Shown piece by piece: positions 28,620-42,895 of a stretch of 64,000 bases of DNA. Where the stretch lies: assembly GCF_009914755.1 (NCBI RefSeq), contig NC_060930.1, one strand, 5' to 3'. Numbering within the stretch: position 1 is the first letter of the stretch; each line of letters starts with the position of its first letter. Position numbers and translations under genes: made by a program. The notes beneath the pieces are model-generated. The model saw only the letters and a list, made by a program, of their open reading frames with translations. It did no database searches and was not told the DNA's origin. Source of the DNA: the human T2T-CHM13v2.0 reference genome, Homo sapiens.

Positions 28620-31600
28620 ATTGAGGGTTCTTCCTCTCAGAATTTCCTGAGGCCTGTGTGATCTGGAACTGGAGAGTTATCAAAAGGTGGAGTAGGGCTT
28701 ACAGGGTTGAGAAGCTCTGTTTTCATACGGGAAGGGCTGGCAGGTCAGGCACCTTTGTGCTGCTAAATCCATTTTTTCCACCTGGCAGCAGGTGACTTGG
28801 CTGCCTGCGTAATCCAGTCATCCATCCATGCACCTGTTCACCATATTGTTATTGAACACAGTCAAGACACTGTGTTAGATCCTGTAGTGAGCTGTTAATA
28901 GGAAAGACACGAAGACCCTGCCATGCAGATCAGTCCCAGGCAGCTTGGAGAGGAGCCTCCTGCAGGAAATGAACACTCAGCCACTGCTGCAGGACTGACA
29001 GACAGATGGCCACATGCCGGTGGGCTCTGGTTCCTTTCCTCTACACCACCCCCCGAGGGCTCTCTCTTTTCTCCATTTAATATTACATTTTTATTTCGTG
29101 TTGAAGAACAGATGTTAAAGGCAGTGTTCTAAGGGCCCAGGAGAGTATTCTCATATTCTTCCCTTTTTATATGCAAACTGGTTAAGTCCATGGCCAAATG
29201 GCATTTAAAACGTCTCTGTGACATTTAACCCTTCAAGGAATCCACCAAAGTTTTCCCCTTCATGCCTGGCTTTGAAACCCAGAAAGTCCTTTCTGACATA
29301 GAAAGAATTAAGATTCCGCTGCCACCCCCACCCCACACATGGCCTTGTGCAGCTGCTTGCTCAGGAGTTTACTTCTCAGCATCAGTTTGGGTGGGGTTCT
29401 TAGATGCCATGCATCCTGAAGGACTAAAATAAATGTTTAAAAAGTAAACTCAAAATATTTCCTGCCTTAGAAGCAGTATTCTTTTGTGCTTAAGTGCGTT
29501 TTTGTGGCTGAGGATTTGTGTTTTTGCATTTCTGTGAAGCTGTCCATCAGGAGGAACCATCAAGCGTGGAGAATCTTTAGGGTGATTTCAAAGCATTTCT
29601 GCAGAAGGATTCTGCCTATATTGTCTATGCCCAGACGGTCTTGTAACAGAAAACAGGAATCTTTGACCTGCGGAATGCCAGAGACCGTCTTCCTCTGTGG
29701 CCTGTGCTGTTTCGTCACCGTTTATTCAGACTTCCTCTTAGCGTGTTAGACTCTGGGCAGGTTTTAGGGACACATTAGGAGACAAGACAGATGCACCCTC
29801 TGCTGCAAGATCAGTCCGAAAGTAAGGAAATGAATACAGCCATTTAGTCATTGATAAATGTGGTGAAGAAAATAAAACAAGGCGATATGAGAGAGAGAGT
29901 GCCAGGGAGTTTGGTGGTCAGGAGAGACCTCCCTGGAAATGGTCATCTTGTGGGAGGCCACTCAGGAACAGTGTCCCCAGCAAAGGGAAAGAGCAGCAGT
30001 TTCAGAGGCCCACAGATGCTTAGCACCAATTCTGTGCTTATTACTTCAGCATAGTGGGACATTCCCAAGTTGCCTTTACAGGCTTTTTTTTCCAACTTGT
30101 CCTTGCTTTCTACCAGGTGGTAATGATTTCATTTTCTCTCTGTTTTTCTTGCTTCTGGCTTGAGCTCAGCTCCTGCGTGGCCTGACTGGTCAGCCAGGTT
30201 GTTGCAGATAAACACCTTGTGGTTCCCAGGTCTCCTCTATAAATCGTCTCTCTGCTGGAAAATTATTTGATTTTATTTCATGTTCTCTTTCTCTGTATTC
30301 AGGGATTACCAGCAACAAAAATATCGTGAAAATAGATGGGTCAAAATTTTTGGGTTTCAAGTCTGAATTATGAAGCTGACTAGTGTAGAAGTTGAAATAT
30401 TCATGGGCCTTTTATTTAGTCTCCTTGAAACCAGCCCTGCTTAATCTTGTTTGTAATTCTATATGGAAGAGAATCATACTGTGACTACAGAGAGGGATTG
30501 AGCAACCTGCTTTCCATTTCCAGTCTTGAAACTCTAGCTCAGTCTCCTGGTCTGAAACATGAAGTTAAAGGTTGACTGACACAATTTGGTCTTCTCTTTA
30601 CATTACTTAAAAATATTTAAAATGTATGTAAAATACTCATCTTCAATTCCTTTTAAGAAGTTGCCTCCTCAGGTCAGACTTCCCATCCTTGCCAGCACGC
30701 TGCTGCAGCAGCTCCCCAGCACCAGGCCCATGCCACAGGTGTGGCCGGGCACCGTTTCGCATGTGGAAGTCCACTCAGGGCAGAAAGGGGCAGCGTTCCC
30801 TCTCCCTGGCACAGCTCGTATCAGGCTTCACTCATCATCATTTTTTCTCTCTCCTTTCCTCTCACCCTGTTCACATTGTCTGTTTGTTCACTCATTCATT
30901 GGAGAAATGTTGACTTGAGTACCTACCCAAGGGAGAACCAATCGAGTTCAAAAATATATTTACAAAGAAGATACAGGCAGCAGGTAGAGATCGTAGACTG
31001 GAGGTCCATGGGCCCTGGTCAGCCCACAGATGGGTTTAGTTTGTCAACCACAGTATTTTAGTGGTTTTTAAAATTTAATTGACAATATTTGAAAATTGGG
31101 CTGTTTCCCATAAAACAGCCTGGAATTTGGGGGCCCTGGCCTGCGTCTCTGCATAGCCATGTTGGTTGGTTGCACCGTGGTCACTTCCTTAGATGTGGGT
31201 GAGATTGGAGAATGCCTTCGGGCTCGGGCTCAGGCTGAAGACATTTGAGGGTCCACTCCTGAAAGGTCTCCCTTGCCAAGGTGTAGAATTTGGGTTTCAT
31301 GCTGAAAGCTACACGGAGCCCTAAGCTGAAGAGTCACACAATCAACTTTGCACTTGAGATGGTTTGAGGAATCCTTTGGAGGGACCACTCAGTCTGGAGG
31401 TAGGGAGCTCACTAGGAAGCTGCTGCAGGAATTCAGAAGGGAGACGCTAAGAAGCTGAGCCTGAAAGTTCAAAGAGGAGCACATGAGTGGGAGAGCTGCT
31501 GCGTGGAAGTAAATGGCAAATGAGCAGCAGTGAAGTCCAGAAAGGGCAGAGTCTCCTGTCGGAGTGATCTCTGGAGGGTTCCTGGTTGAGCTGGTCCTAG

Positions 31601-34600
31601 CAGGGCGGGTAGGTCTCGGTACTAGAGGCAGGGCAGGAACAGACCTGCTGTGCCTGTGACTTGCCTCAAGATCTGTGCACTCTTCTGCATTTATGCATTT
31701 TTCCAGGTTGAAAGCCCACATCAGGGTCCTTGGCTGTAAGCAACAGCATCCAAATGTGGTTACCTTAGGTAGAACAGGGCAGACAGCCTGGAAGGCTGGA
31801 GAGCCAGACTCAGGGGCAACCTTGGCAGGAGCACATGCTGTAAGTGGTCAGTGAGAGCATTTCTGGGGCTACCGCAAGATGCTGATGCTACAGCCAGTGG
31901 ACACTGAATGTGCCACCAGCCCTGCTGCCTCTGTTGCCAAAGAGGACACTCTAGGCTATCCCTGCAGCCGGCGTGCAGACTTGTTACACGTGGGTCACAC
32001 CCATGTAGCAGCAAAGGCTTACGTGAGCAGGTATCTGGCATTGGCAGCTTCTATACTAACAGCTGGGCTCTGCTTCCCACCAAGACTCCCTGGGGCCAGG
32101 GTATCCCCAAACCTAGGAAAGGGTTTCAGAGACTGGAAAACCAATAAGATAAATGGCCATTACAGGGTTTGTGGTTTTCGAGCATACCCAAGGGATAAAG
32201 GACCCCAAACAGTGGGAACCTCTTCTCTGTTTAGAAAGAATATTTAGGGCAAAGAAAGTGCTATTGCAAGATGGGACCAGTAAGGGGTATTGGGAGAATG
32301 GGGATGACCTGGCTCGGCTGGACATAAGAAAGAAGTTGGGGGAAATCCTTCAGAGATCGGTTGGAGCCAACCTGCGGAAGCCATGCTGAATATTTAGTTC
32401 AATGTTTGGCCTTGATTTTTTAAGTAAAAGGGTTGTTACTGAACATTTTGAGGTAGAAAATCACCCAGGAAGAATATGGCTTTAGAAAATTAATTTGATA
32501 GGACAGAGGAATGAGTTCAGTGTTTACTACTGTAACCCCTGTGTGAATTGAGGCTCTGCGCAAGGCTGAGGAGGGAGACTGTGAGAGGCCTTCTAATTCC
32601 CGGGAGGAGGGGAGCAGAGAATTGAGAGAGAGGTGCCACAGCGGTGGGAGCCCTGGGTTTTCATTCGGGGTGACTGGGAGAAGGTGGCACCATCAGGGGC
32701 AGGAGGACTTGACAACGGTGGTGGGAAAACAGTGGTTTGCTTGAGATAGTCCTGCAGCAAGCCGGGCTCCAGACGATGAATTTAGGAGTCAGAAAATCAT
32801 GGTTCTACAACATTAGAATGTAGAGACGGTCTACTCTTATGCCCTCATTTAATTTTAAAGATAATATAAAATGTATTAATTTGTGCTTAGTAGAGAAGAT
32901 AGTAGATGTACAAAGAAAAAAAGCAAAAATGGGCCATAATCTGTTTTCCGAATAATCCCTCTTGATTTAAAAAAAGTGCAAATTGGCATAGTGCATGCAC
33001 AGGACTGGAGTGTCAGATGGCGGAGGCAAGCTCAGAGAGAAATGCAGAAGCCCTCCTCCAGGACCCCGCCATCGCCGTCACGGAGGTGAGCATGGTGACG
33101 AAGGGAGTGTACGTGCACACAGCTGTACCTTTCCTGTTTTTCATACCATTTTCAAGATATATTAAGTTAAAACGCGTAAGATCGTCTTCCTCACAGCCCC
33201 ACACATCTTAGGCGTCGTATTCCATTTCATGGCACCTAACTTGGAGTCTGGATAGTGGCCAGTGGCCACAGTGTCTGCTGTGCAGGACCAGCTCCTTGCA
33301 CTAGCGCCCGCCTTCTCTCCACCTCTCTCCCACTCCCTCCAGTAGAGACAAGACCCTTTCTGCAGGCTGACCGTTCTGCTGTCCCCTCCCTGTCTGCCCA
33401 CTGCTCTTGGGCTGCAGGTCCTGAGTGTCACTGTCCCCAGGAAGCCCTCTGCGACCCCAGAGTGCTCAGGTCACCTCCACTTTCCCTGTGTGAGCTGCTC
33501 ATGAGGGCAGGGCCCTGTCTCTCTCAGTCACACCTCTACGCTGAGTGCCCGGCATTGTGCCTGAGGAACTTTAGCCACTATGATACGTTCTCTGACTTTG
33601 GGCAGATAAACATGCTTATAGTCTAGAAACATTTTGATCTAGAAAATCGCCCAGTGATTATAACTGTAGAGTCACTGCTGTAAAAAGTGATCCTGACACT
33701 TGGTTAAGCCAGCAAGGAAGACTCTATTCGAGACCATCACAACAGGGGAGGACGCGACTCCAATATGGCAGGAACAAGGGTGGATGGAAAGCCAAGGGCA
33801 GGGTGAGGGAGTGGGTGGAATACCACTCAGGGGAACTGGATTAGACATCGGGGTGGAGGAACAGGAGCTTGGTGGGGTCTTAGGGGATACGCTTAGCAGG
33901 TCTCTGCTCGCACTGGACTCGGTCGGGCAAGGACCAGGCCTTGTTGAGAAAAGGACTCAGAGGAACCTGACTAAAGTTTGGTCAAGGAGGGGTCATTGCA
34001 CTGCCAGACAGAAGAGCCACGTGGCAATGATGCTCTCTAGTGTCTACTGCCACATCTTAAAAAAGGCAGGAGAGACCCTCGGGAATGAGAGACTACACAC
34101 AGCAAAGCTCTGTGCAGTCAAGCATTGCCAGAGAACATCAGTGGGATCCACATCCAGGACGAACTTGCATTGTTCCCGTCTTTCAAGATAGGAATGATAA
34201 AGTATAGACTGTTGTCTCGGAGTAATGATTAGCAAAGCCTCTTTTCATTCTTGGACTGTCCCAGTTTGGCCGATACATTACGTGGCCCCTTGGCTGGTTG
34301 TCCCTCTGCACAGAGACTAGCTCTGGGCCTAGCACTGCCGCCCTGACATGAGCCACAATAGATCCCCTGCAATCACTAGACATGAGCCATGGGTTTTTAG
34401 CGAGGCAGCCGGTGGTCAGGAAGATGCTTGAAGAAATCAGCTAACATGAAGAACTGTACTACAGGCTCTTTGGACTTCCTCAGTGGGAGTGAAGGAAGAT
34501 AGGGGAGCTGCAGGGTTGGCAGACAGTGGGGGCGAGGCTAGGACATCTAGGGATCTGTGGTGAAGCGTCACCAAGACGAGCTGGTTGTATGTGCTTGGAA

Positions 34601-35563
34601 ATCGTGGCAAGTGATATCGTGAGCATACTTTAACAAGTGGTACTGTGTTCTTATTTAAATTTCAGAGTGTCCATGCAAAGTGCTGGCAAGACAAGAATTT
34701 GCTTCCTACTTCGCAAATTGTGGGTGTGAAAGAAGCCACCCCAATTTCTCATTGCCGACCTGCTAAATCATTCCATGCGGGGGCTGGAGGTGGAGAGGAG
34801 GGCTTGCCCAGAAATGTGTATTTTTAACAGATTCTGGAGTTCTGATGGGGAGTTTGGTTTGAGAACCACTGCCTTAGAAGAGTTGACATTTTGCAACAAA
34901 GACGTGTTCTTCTTAACCTGCATATATGTGGAGGTTGGATCATTTATTTAACAACCCATTGTTGACTGTCATCCTGGCCTGGGGCTGGGGAGGCAGCAGT
35001 GAGCAACAGGATTCGTTTGCTGCCCAAGGAGTTTTCCCCGACAGAAAGATGGGCCTTCACCTGGTCATGCCCTCGCAGCAGCATCGCCACACAGGGGACA
35101 TAGAGGGCTACTGTCACTGAGCCGGGGGCCAACCCTGGACTTGGGGCTCAGGACTGGCCAAGGGTGAGGTGGGCGGGAGTGTAACCGCCTGCAGTGGGCA
35201 CCGTGTGTGCAGTGGCCTCGTGCAGCAGAGTGCAGAGCTGCAGGGCCGCCAGGGCTGTGGGGCCAGGGTGGGCAGGCGGGGCAGGGGACTTGGACCCTCA
35301 GAATGCCCACCAGCACTGCAGGGCTGCAAATGAGGATGACGGGGTCGAAGCCGGGCCCTAAACCCAGCGAGTCGATGGGCACCAACCCACGGCCTTCCAC
35401 AGGCCGCTGGGGATGTTGGGTCACCCGCGTGTCTGTCAGGGAGGTGCTGTACTGGGGAAGCACCTGGCCTTTGCAGGGATCCTGCTGCTGGATGAGGCCC
35501 CCTTCTGCAATACCATCCACTTAGAGTCTGCCATGCTCATGTCTGTGTCTGTCTCTCTCCTAG

Positions 35564-35597
35564 ATCCTGCCCGGCCTGTACATCGGCAACTTCAAAG
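35564..35597 (+). CDS. DUSP22: DUSP22 coding exon 2 (ILPGLYIGNFK + first base of D)
   Basis: Acceptor gtctgtctctctcctag|ATC, 34 nt, donor AAAG|GTGAGT; ILPGLYIG is the typical first strand of a DUSP catalytic domain; in frame with exon 1. Confidence 0.97.
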
Positions 35598-35607
35598 GTG
35601 AGTTCTT

Positions 35608-36052
35608 GCTTTTTTATTGTTGTGATAAAATACACATAACATAAAATGTGTCATCTTGACCATTTTAAAGTGTATAGGTCAGTGGCTTTAAGTAATTTGC
35701 ATTGCTGTGCAGCCATCACCAACATCCTTCTGCAGGACTTTTCATGTTCCCAAACTGAAACTGTGTCCCTTAAAACACCAACTCCCCATTCCTCTCCTCC
35801 CAGCCCCGGGCAGCCACCATTCTGCTTTCTGCCTCTGAATCTCACAACTATCGGAGCCTCCTCTTAGTGAAATCATGCAGTATTTGTGCTTTTGGGACTG
35901 GCTTATTTTACTGAGCACAGTGTCACAGTTCATCCGTGTTGCGGCGTGTGTCAGAATGGCCTTCCTTCTTAAAGCTGAATAATACTCCATTGTGTGCATA
36001 GGCCTCATTTTGCTTCCATTTATTTGTTCGTGGACACTTGGACTGTTTCCAC
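35608..36052 (-). mobile_element. L1M(B) 3' UTR, antisense, immediately after exon 2
   Basis: taaaatacacataacataaaat...ccattttaaagtgtata...ggcttattttactgagca...ctgaataatactccattgtgtg. Confidence 0.85.
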
Positions 36053-38181
36053 CAAAAGTGAGTTCACTTTTTAAAAGATCAGCTTTAGACTTCTCATGGG
36101 TGAGATTGACAGGCAAAGTGTAGACTCAGTCTACAGTCTGTTCTGGGAGTGGCCCCCACTTGCACCCAAGCCCCTTGCTGGGTGCACCGCAGCCCCTTGA
36201 CCATCACCTGATGGAGTGATGTGAGGCTGTGCCCGCTCCAGCTCTGCCCTGGTTCTCCTTTGAACTCTCCACACCTGTTGGAACGTTATCATCAAAAGGT
36301 GTTGGACAACAGGCACATTTAGCAATCATGTGACTTATTTATAACCTTTTACAACTTTCATTTTTTAGTTACTATTGAGAAATTTTCAGAAGCCTGTTCT
36401 TTTTAAGTCAGCTGGGAAACAAGAGTGACAATTTCATCTCTGGCAGATTCTTCTCATCTGGTGCTTCTCTTCTCACACATTTCCTGCCACTTGTTCCGTA
36501 CTGATTGATTTACTGTCAGCTATTGACTCTATTTTCACTCAGCTCTGGAGCACGGTGGTCACTGGGCTTGTCGGCTTCCAGGGAGGGGCCAAGTCCCCCT
36601 GCCAGGTGACCTTCAGAGTTTGTGTAAGTGAATCACTGAGATGAGGTGGGAAGATAGAGATGAGGGGCCCTTAATAGGATGGGAGAGACCTGGGAAGCTT
36701 GCAGGCAGGTCCCCACTCATGTTAGGTTGGACAGAGCCAGACCATGTCATAGGCAGCTAATGCTCCTCCCTTCCCTAACAAGCCAGAACATGGCCACTCC
36801 TGTTGGCTTTCTGGATGTTGCTGAAATTTCTGAGTTCAGATTCAAATTGATTGTACAAATAATCTTTATTGTTGCTCTATAATGTCTGTTTCCACACACA
36901 CACCCGTATCCCCCCAGCTCACTATTAGGCCTCAAAGAGAATTGAGCACAGAGAGCTGACAGCTGCTAATTGCTACAAGAACATGTTAAAAATAGTACTG
37001 GACTTGCTAAATTAGTAAGCTTTGTAGTTCTGAAAAAGCAGCAAACCCTTTGTGGTGAGTAGGCCAGGATACATTAATGTAGCAAACGTCAGAGTTATTT
37101 AGTGAGTTATTAACTGTTTTCATGGGGAAAGGGAGTGTCTTTGAGAACAGAGTTTAGGATAAGTTCTTAGAAGTAGAATTGCTAGATGAAAGGTTTGAAA
37201 TTAAAAATTTTAATAAATATGAACCAAATTCAACACTTCTGACAACAGTATGTGAGAGTTTTAGCCTTAATCATGAAAGGTTACTTTTTTTGGAAGGACA
37301 GCTTTAAGGAAATATTTAAAACTCTTTTCACACTACAAGCTATACCTGTTTTCTAAATATTCAATAACATAGGACTCCTTGCAAGTTCCTGGATCTTGTG
37401 CTTTGTGGTTTCGTCTATGAGAGTGTTGTAAACAGCCCACCACCTCTCCTTGTTCATAGGGTTAATGCTGCATTATTACCTTAAGTTATTCTGATATTGG
37501 TATGAGGTTGTGTTTTATTCACTCGTTAGCCAAATATTTATTAAACGCTTTCCAGGTACAAGGCTTATCTAAAAGAAAGGAATGAGAGTACAGTGAATTG
37601 GCGAGTGGCTCGAAGGAGAGGAAGTATTTTCCCCAATTGTGCTGTGAATTCACTTGTTCATTGCACAAGCTTATCGGGAACACACGATGTGCTGGGAGTT
37701 GAATGTGGACCAGTGTCCCTGCCCTCAGGCTATCAGAGTCCAACAGCAGGTGCAGAACAGGAAGGGGCCAGTGTGTGTCCTCACATGAGTTACACACCTG
37801 GGGGTGTAGACTGGGAAGATGGAGTCTGTCTCACAGGGCTGTAGCGGGGCTGACCCAGACAATGGGTGATGCCCTCGGTGGGCTCAGTGCCCAATACCTG
37901 GTGCCCTGATAAATAAGCACCCACACACTCACTGCTACTGCCATGGGAGCCCGATCGATGCCAGGTCTGCAGTAGGCAGCTGGGTGGCATTGGCTGGCAA
38001 GGGTGGAAACCCAATGTGGAATGTGGCCTCTTTCTTTTTTCCTGGGCGGTGAATCCAGCTGTCATCTGTGCTCTTGCCTGGCATCTCATATAGTCATTTA
38101 TCCTGCTCTTTTAAAATTACGAGTAATATGTGCCTCTTGTAACACAAGAACCAGTAGAGTAGAAAGGAACGTAAACAGTCA

Positions 38182-38300
38182 CTCCCTTCTTCTGTCCCTT
38201 CTCCTTCCTCCCCTCCCTTCTCTTCCCCTTCCCGTTTCCTTTCTTCCCTCCCCACTTCTCTCCCTCCCTCCCTTCCTTCTCCTCTTCCCTCCTTCCTTTC
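38182..38300. repeat. Polypyrimidine (CT-rich) low-complexity tract
   Basis: ~120 bp almost only C/T on the + strand. Confidence 0.9.
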
Positions 38301-40612
38301 AGTAGGATCCCTCGCCTGTCACTCTGCAACTCTTAAGAAAAAAAAGCTTTGTAATGAATCCACAAATGGTTTTGTAGCGCCTGGTGATTTTTGCTCCTGG
38401 AGAAGAACCACAAACAAACCCAGCTCTGGAGCCCGGTCTTTGGGTCTTCGATGCTTTGGTGAGAGCCTCTCTGTTGAGGCTCCAGGATGCAGCAGGCAGC
38501 CTTGCCCAGAAGCCAGGAGGGAAGGCAGGGAGTGGAAGCCAGAGAGAGCAGCCCCTCCCTGGGCCGGAGGGTGGGTCCGTGGCTTCCTTACAACTTGGCA
38601 CCAGCGACAGTAGATGTCAGCTGACAGACGAAGCCCTCATTGTTTGAAGATGTCCACAGAATTCTAGAAAAGTGGGAACGCTCTTAGGTACTGTGTGTAC
38701 GTGAGTGGTGTGCATTGAGACCATGTTCGCAGTCTTGAGCTTGTGTTTTGTGCCTGCCAGTAAGACAGACAGTCCTGGTGGGTACCCAGTTGTTTGGACA
38801 AGGCCAGCCTGGTCAGAGGTAGTCTGCTGTCAGCTTACTGAGACAAAATCACCATGCTTAACAGGTCAGCATATGTCCATCCAGACTTATTTTTTCCACA
38901 TGAATTCTAACTGATAACCTTCCTGTTGGTTTTATGAATTACTAACCTGTTGCATTTGTGACTGCCAGTTGGGGAGGGGCCCGCTGGCACCGGGCCAAAG
39001 GTCATTCCCTCCAGGGCTCAGTGTTAGGGTGCACATGACCTTCTGGGGTTCTTCTTAAAGCGCATGTTCTGATCAAGTAGACATGGGGTCTACTTGATGC
39101 TCTGCTGCCGGTTGGAGGACCCCATGTTGAGCACCAAAGCGCTAAGTTCTGCCCCTCTAGGTCTGTGCTCAGGAGGAGCTAGTTTGAAATGTACAAGCTT
39201 GTGTCTGTGCACATTAGGAAACTCCACCTTGAGCCTTACAGCTGGATTCCCAGCTCATTACCTCGCTGCTCATGATTGTAGGTCGCCTTCCAGGACAACC
39301 AATAGTGTGAAGTCTGTAAGAATTAAAGTTCCAGGGTCATCACCCAGCAGGTTTGATTAAGCATTTTATGCACTCTGAAGTAAGTGGGCAGAGCCTGTGC
39401 CTTATGGGAAAGGATGCATCAGCGAACACGGTGCTAGCGTGCGGTGAGGAAGAGGGGAGGTGCTGGCCCCGGAGTGCTTCCCTGTGCTTTGGAGTCCAGC
39501 CGGCAGTGGGCTGTCGTGATATCAAGTGGTCTTCTCTATTCAGAAATGTATGCTTTTTTCCCCAGGCCACTTTAAAAAGATTCACTCTGTATTATCAAAG
39601 CATATTTACGGGGTGAAGAAAATGTTCTAAAGTTATATATTGTGGCGATTGTGCAGCCTTGTGAACGTATGAAACCATTGAATCATATACTTGATCAGGG
39701 TCCGTATTATGGTATGTGAATTATATCCCAATAAAGCTTTGTGAAAGGAGAAAAGTAGATTGAAACAAATACGGATGGTTGACATTCAAATGCCAGGTGG
39801 AATGGGTGTCTGGAGGAGCCAGGTGGGTGGGTCAGATGAGCTGGCGCCATCAGGCTGCCCCGCCTCTACTGGGTCCTCGCCCCACCTCCTCCAGGTTCTG
39901 TGAGCGCTGAAGCTGTGGCTTTGTCTGTTTCACTGCTTTTCTAAAATGTCCCATGCTGGTGGCGATTGGAAAATCCCATTTTGGTGTGAATGTGGGAACT
40001 GGCTGCCTGTGGCTTCCAAAACGATTCTAGCTTCTGCCTAATTAATTCTAAGCTAGCCTTGCTGGTACCCCAACTTGTGAGGGGTTGGGGGTTGGCAGTG
40101 AGTCCCCATGTGCTATGTAGATGGCTCTCATCCATAGCAGGTGGCTTTGAGGTAACTATTTATTTAGCTCAAGGGGGAGTGAGAGGACACTGCTATTATA
40201 TTATAGACGCCTTTCTGAGCCTGATAACTTAAAGGGCTCATGTTCCTCGTATAAAAAGGTTTTTTCTTTCTCACTTTGGGTCAAAAGATGAGCCAGTCAG
40301 AAATAAACTTAGGCAAAATACTTGAAAACAATAGCCCTAAATTTGAAGCTCGAAAATTTGAATCTGGGAAAGCAATAGCCTGGAATTTGAAGCCTGAGAG
40401 GTTGGAGCAATGAAAAGAGTCTTAAAAGTGGTATTTTAATATCACCTAAATTTTTTTTCCTGACGTTGCTGAATGTTTAGAACAATGTTTCTTGACTTCT
40501 GCTTCATCATCAAGGCTTGTTAGAGATGGAGATTCCTCAGCCCCAGGGTAGATCTTTCTAACTAGCCTCTTGGCAGTTCCTAGGGTGTTAAACTTCAGAG
40601 CCACTCATGTAG

Positions 40613-40613
<1 letters not shown>

Positions 40614-40653
<40 letters not shown>
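40614..40653. repeat. (AC)20 microsatellite
   Basis: Direct reading. Confidence 0.95.
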
Positions 40654-40655
<2 letters not shown>

Positions 40656-40869
40656 TAAAGAAGGAAGAAAACCCTTGTAATTCCGTCTCTGAGCTGGGGC
40701 TGTCTTTGTACCAGTCCCGCCATCCTCCCTGCCATGTGTTTGTCTCTGCATTTTTATACGTTGGGTTTGTGTCATATTTATGGTTTGGTACCTGCTTTAC
40801 ATTATACCCTGAGCATTTTCCCATGCCATGAAATAGTCTCCAGAACCATGATAATTAAACATTTGCCTT

Positions 40870-41192
<323 letters not shown>

Positions 41193-41853
41193 TAAACATT
41201 TGCCTTCTGATCCATTTCTCCTGTATCATTTAGGAAAGTTCAGCCAGGCTGGGATGGGGGTGTAGGGAAGTGGACCTCCTCATTTCCTGCTGGCCCCCTG
41301 TTTTGTAGATTAGTAGAAGGGTTCCACTTCAGGGGATCACACCATTTGGTCTTCTTTTTGCAGGTAGGGACATTGGAAGGGAATATAATTTTGTTATCTT
41401 CTTAGTTTCATATGGAGATAATTTAATAGCCAACTGATAGCTGATAGACAGTTCTGTTTGGAATTTCCAGAAAAAGTTTCATTTTTTAATTGTGCTTTAA
41501 AGTGAATATAGATGATGTAAACCACAGTCCTGTCTGAATCCATAACTGTCCCTGCTTTTGACGTCTGGGGAAAGAAGTAATGGGCAGTTTCCTTTGTCTT
41601 CTAGAGTTAATGGTTTTGTATTTAGCTTTTTAAGAATTCTCATCATTAAGAGGCCATTGAATTAAAAAAATATTTTAAATATCCCTAATATTATGTGTCT
41701 CATGCAGAAAGACTGACCTAAGGTCATCTCTTACAAATGCTAACTACAAAATGGTCTCGTAAATTTACCTTCTTGATGATGTAATCCATGTAATCCATCA
41801 TGATTACAATGTTTATTAATCTAAGTGCATTTCAATTTCTAGATTAACACTTT

Positions 41854-42287
41854 TGTTGCCTAAAAGGAAGAAGCTGAGGCAAAATTAATACAGAGGGTTT
41901 ATTTGGGCCAAGCTTGAGGACTGTAGCCTGAAACACACTTTCAGGTTGCCTTGGGGAGTGCCCCGGAGAGTAAAATAGGGGCTCAAGTTTTTAAAGAAAA
42001 AAAGACGAATCAGGAGAGTGGCAATTACAAAAAATTGTTCAGCAGGAATTCTCATTGGTTTATAGAAATAACATTGGTTAGTGCCTGGCTATACGATATT
42101 GAACTATGATGTATGGCATTTTATGTCTACTTGGCATCAGTCTAGGGACCACATAGCAGATGGCTTCAAGGTAACCATTTAGCTCAAGGGGGAGGGAGAG
42201 GAGACTGCTGTTATATTACAGAGGCCTTTCTGCACCTGATCATTTAAAGGGACTCTTCTTCCTCATAGAAAGTTTTTTTCTTTCTCA
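41854..42287 (-). mobile_element. ERV1 solo LTR (MER4 group, MER39-like)
   Basis: TG...CA ends; reverse polyA signal (tttatt) near 41877-41903; 4-bp TSD cttt/ctct (cttt in the duplicated copy at ~40274). Confidence 0.65.
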
Positions 42288-42330
42288 CTCTGGGTCAAAA
42301 GATGAGACAATCAGAAATAAAGTTAGGCAA

Positions 42331-42688
<358 letters not shown>

Positions 42689-42812
42689 TTATGAAGTTTC
42701 AGGAAAGAAATATGCAAGTCATTTTGTGGGTTTTTTTTTTTTTCTGGCTAGACTTTAGGAGTAATTAACTTGCAAAGATATCAAAATGTCCATCCCCTTT
42801 CTTCTCTGACAG

Positions 42813-42895
42813 ATGCCAGAGACGCGGAACAATTGAGCAAGAACAAGGTGACACATATTCTGTCTGTCCACGATAGTGCCAGGCCTATGTTGGAG
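42813..42895 (+). CDS. DUSP22: DUSP22 coding exon 3 (DARDAEQLSKNKVTHILSVHDSARPMLE)
   Basis: Acceptor cccctttcttctctgacag|AT, 83 nt, donor GAG|GTAAGA; phase 1 start completes exon 2, ends phase 0; VTHILSV DUSP motif. Remaining exons, including the HCxxGxSR active site, are not in the window. Confidence 0.97.
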
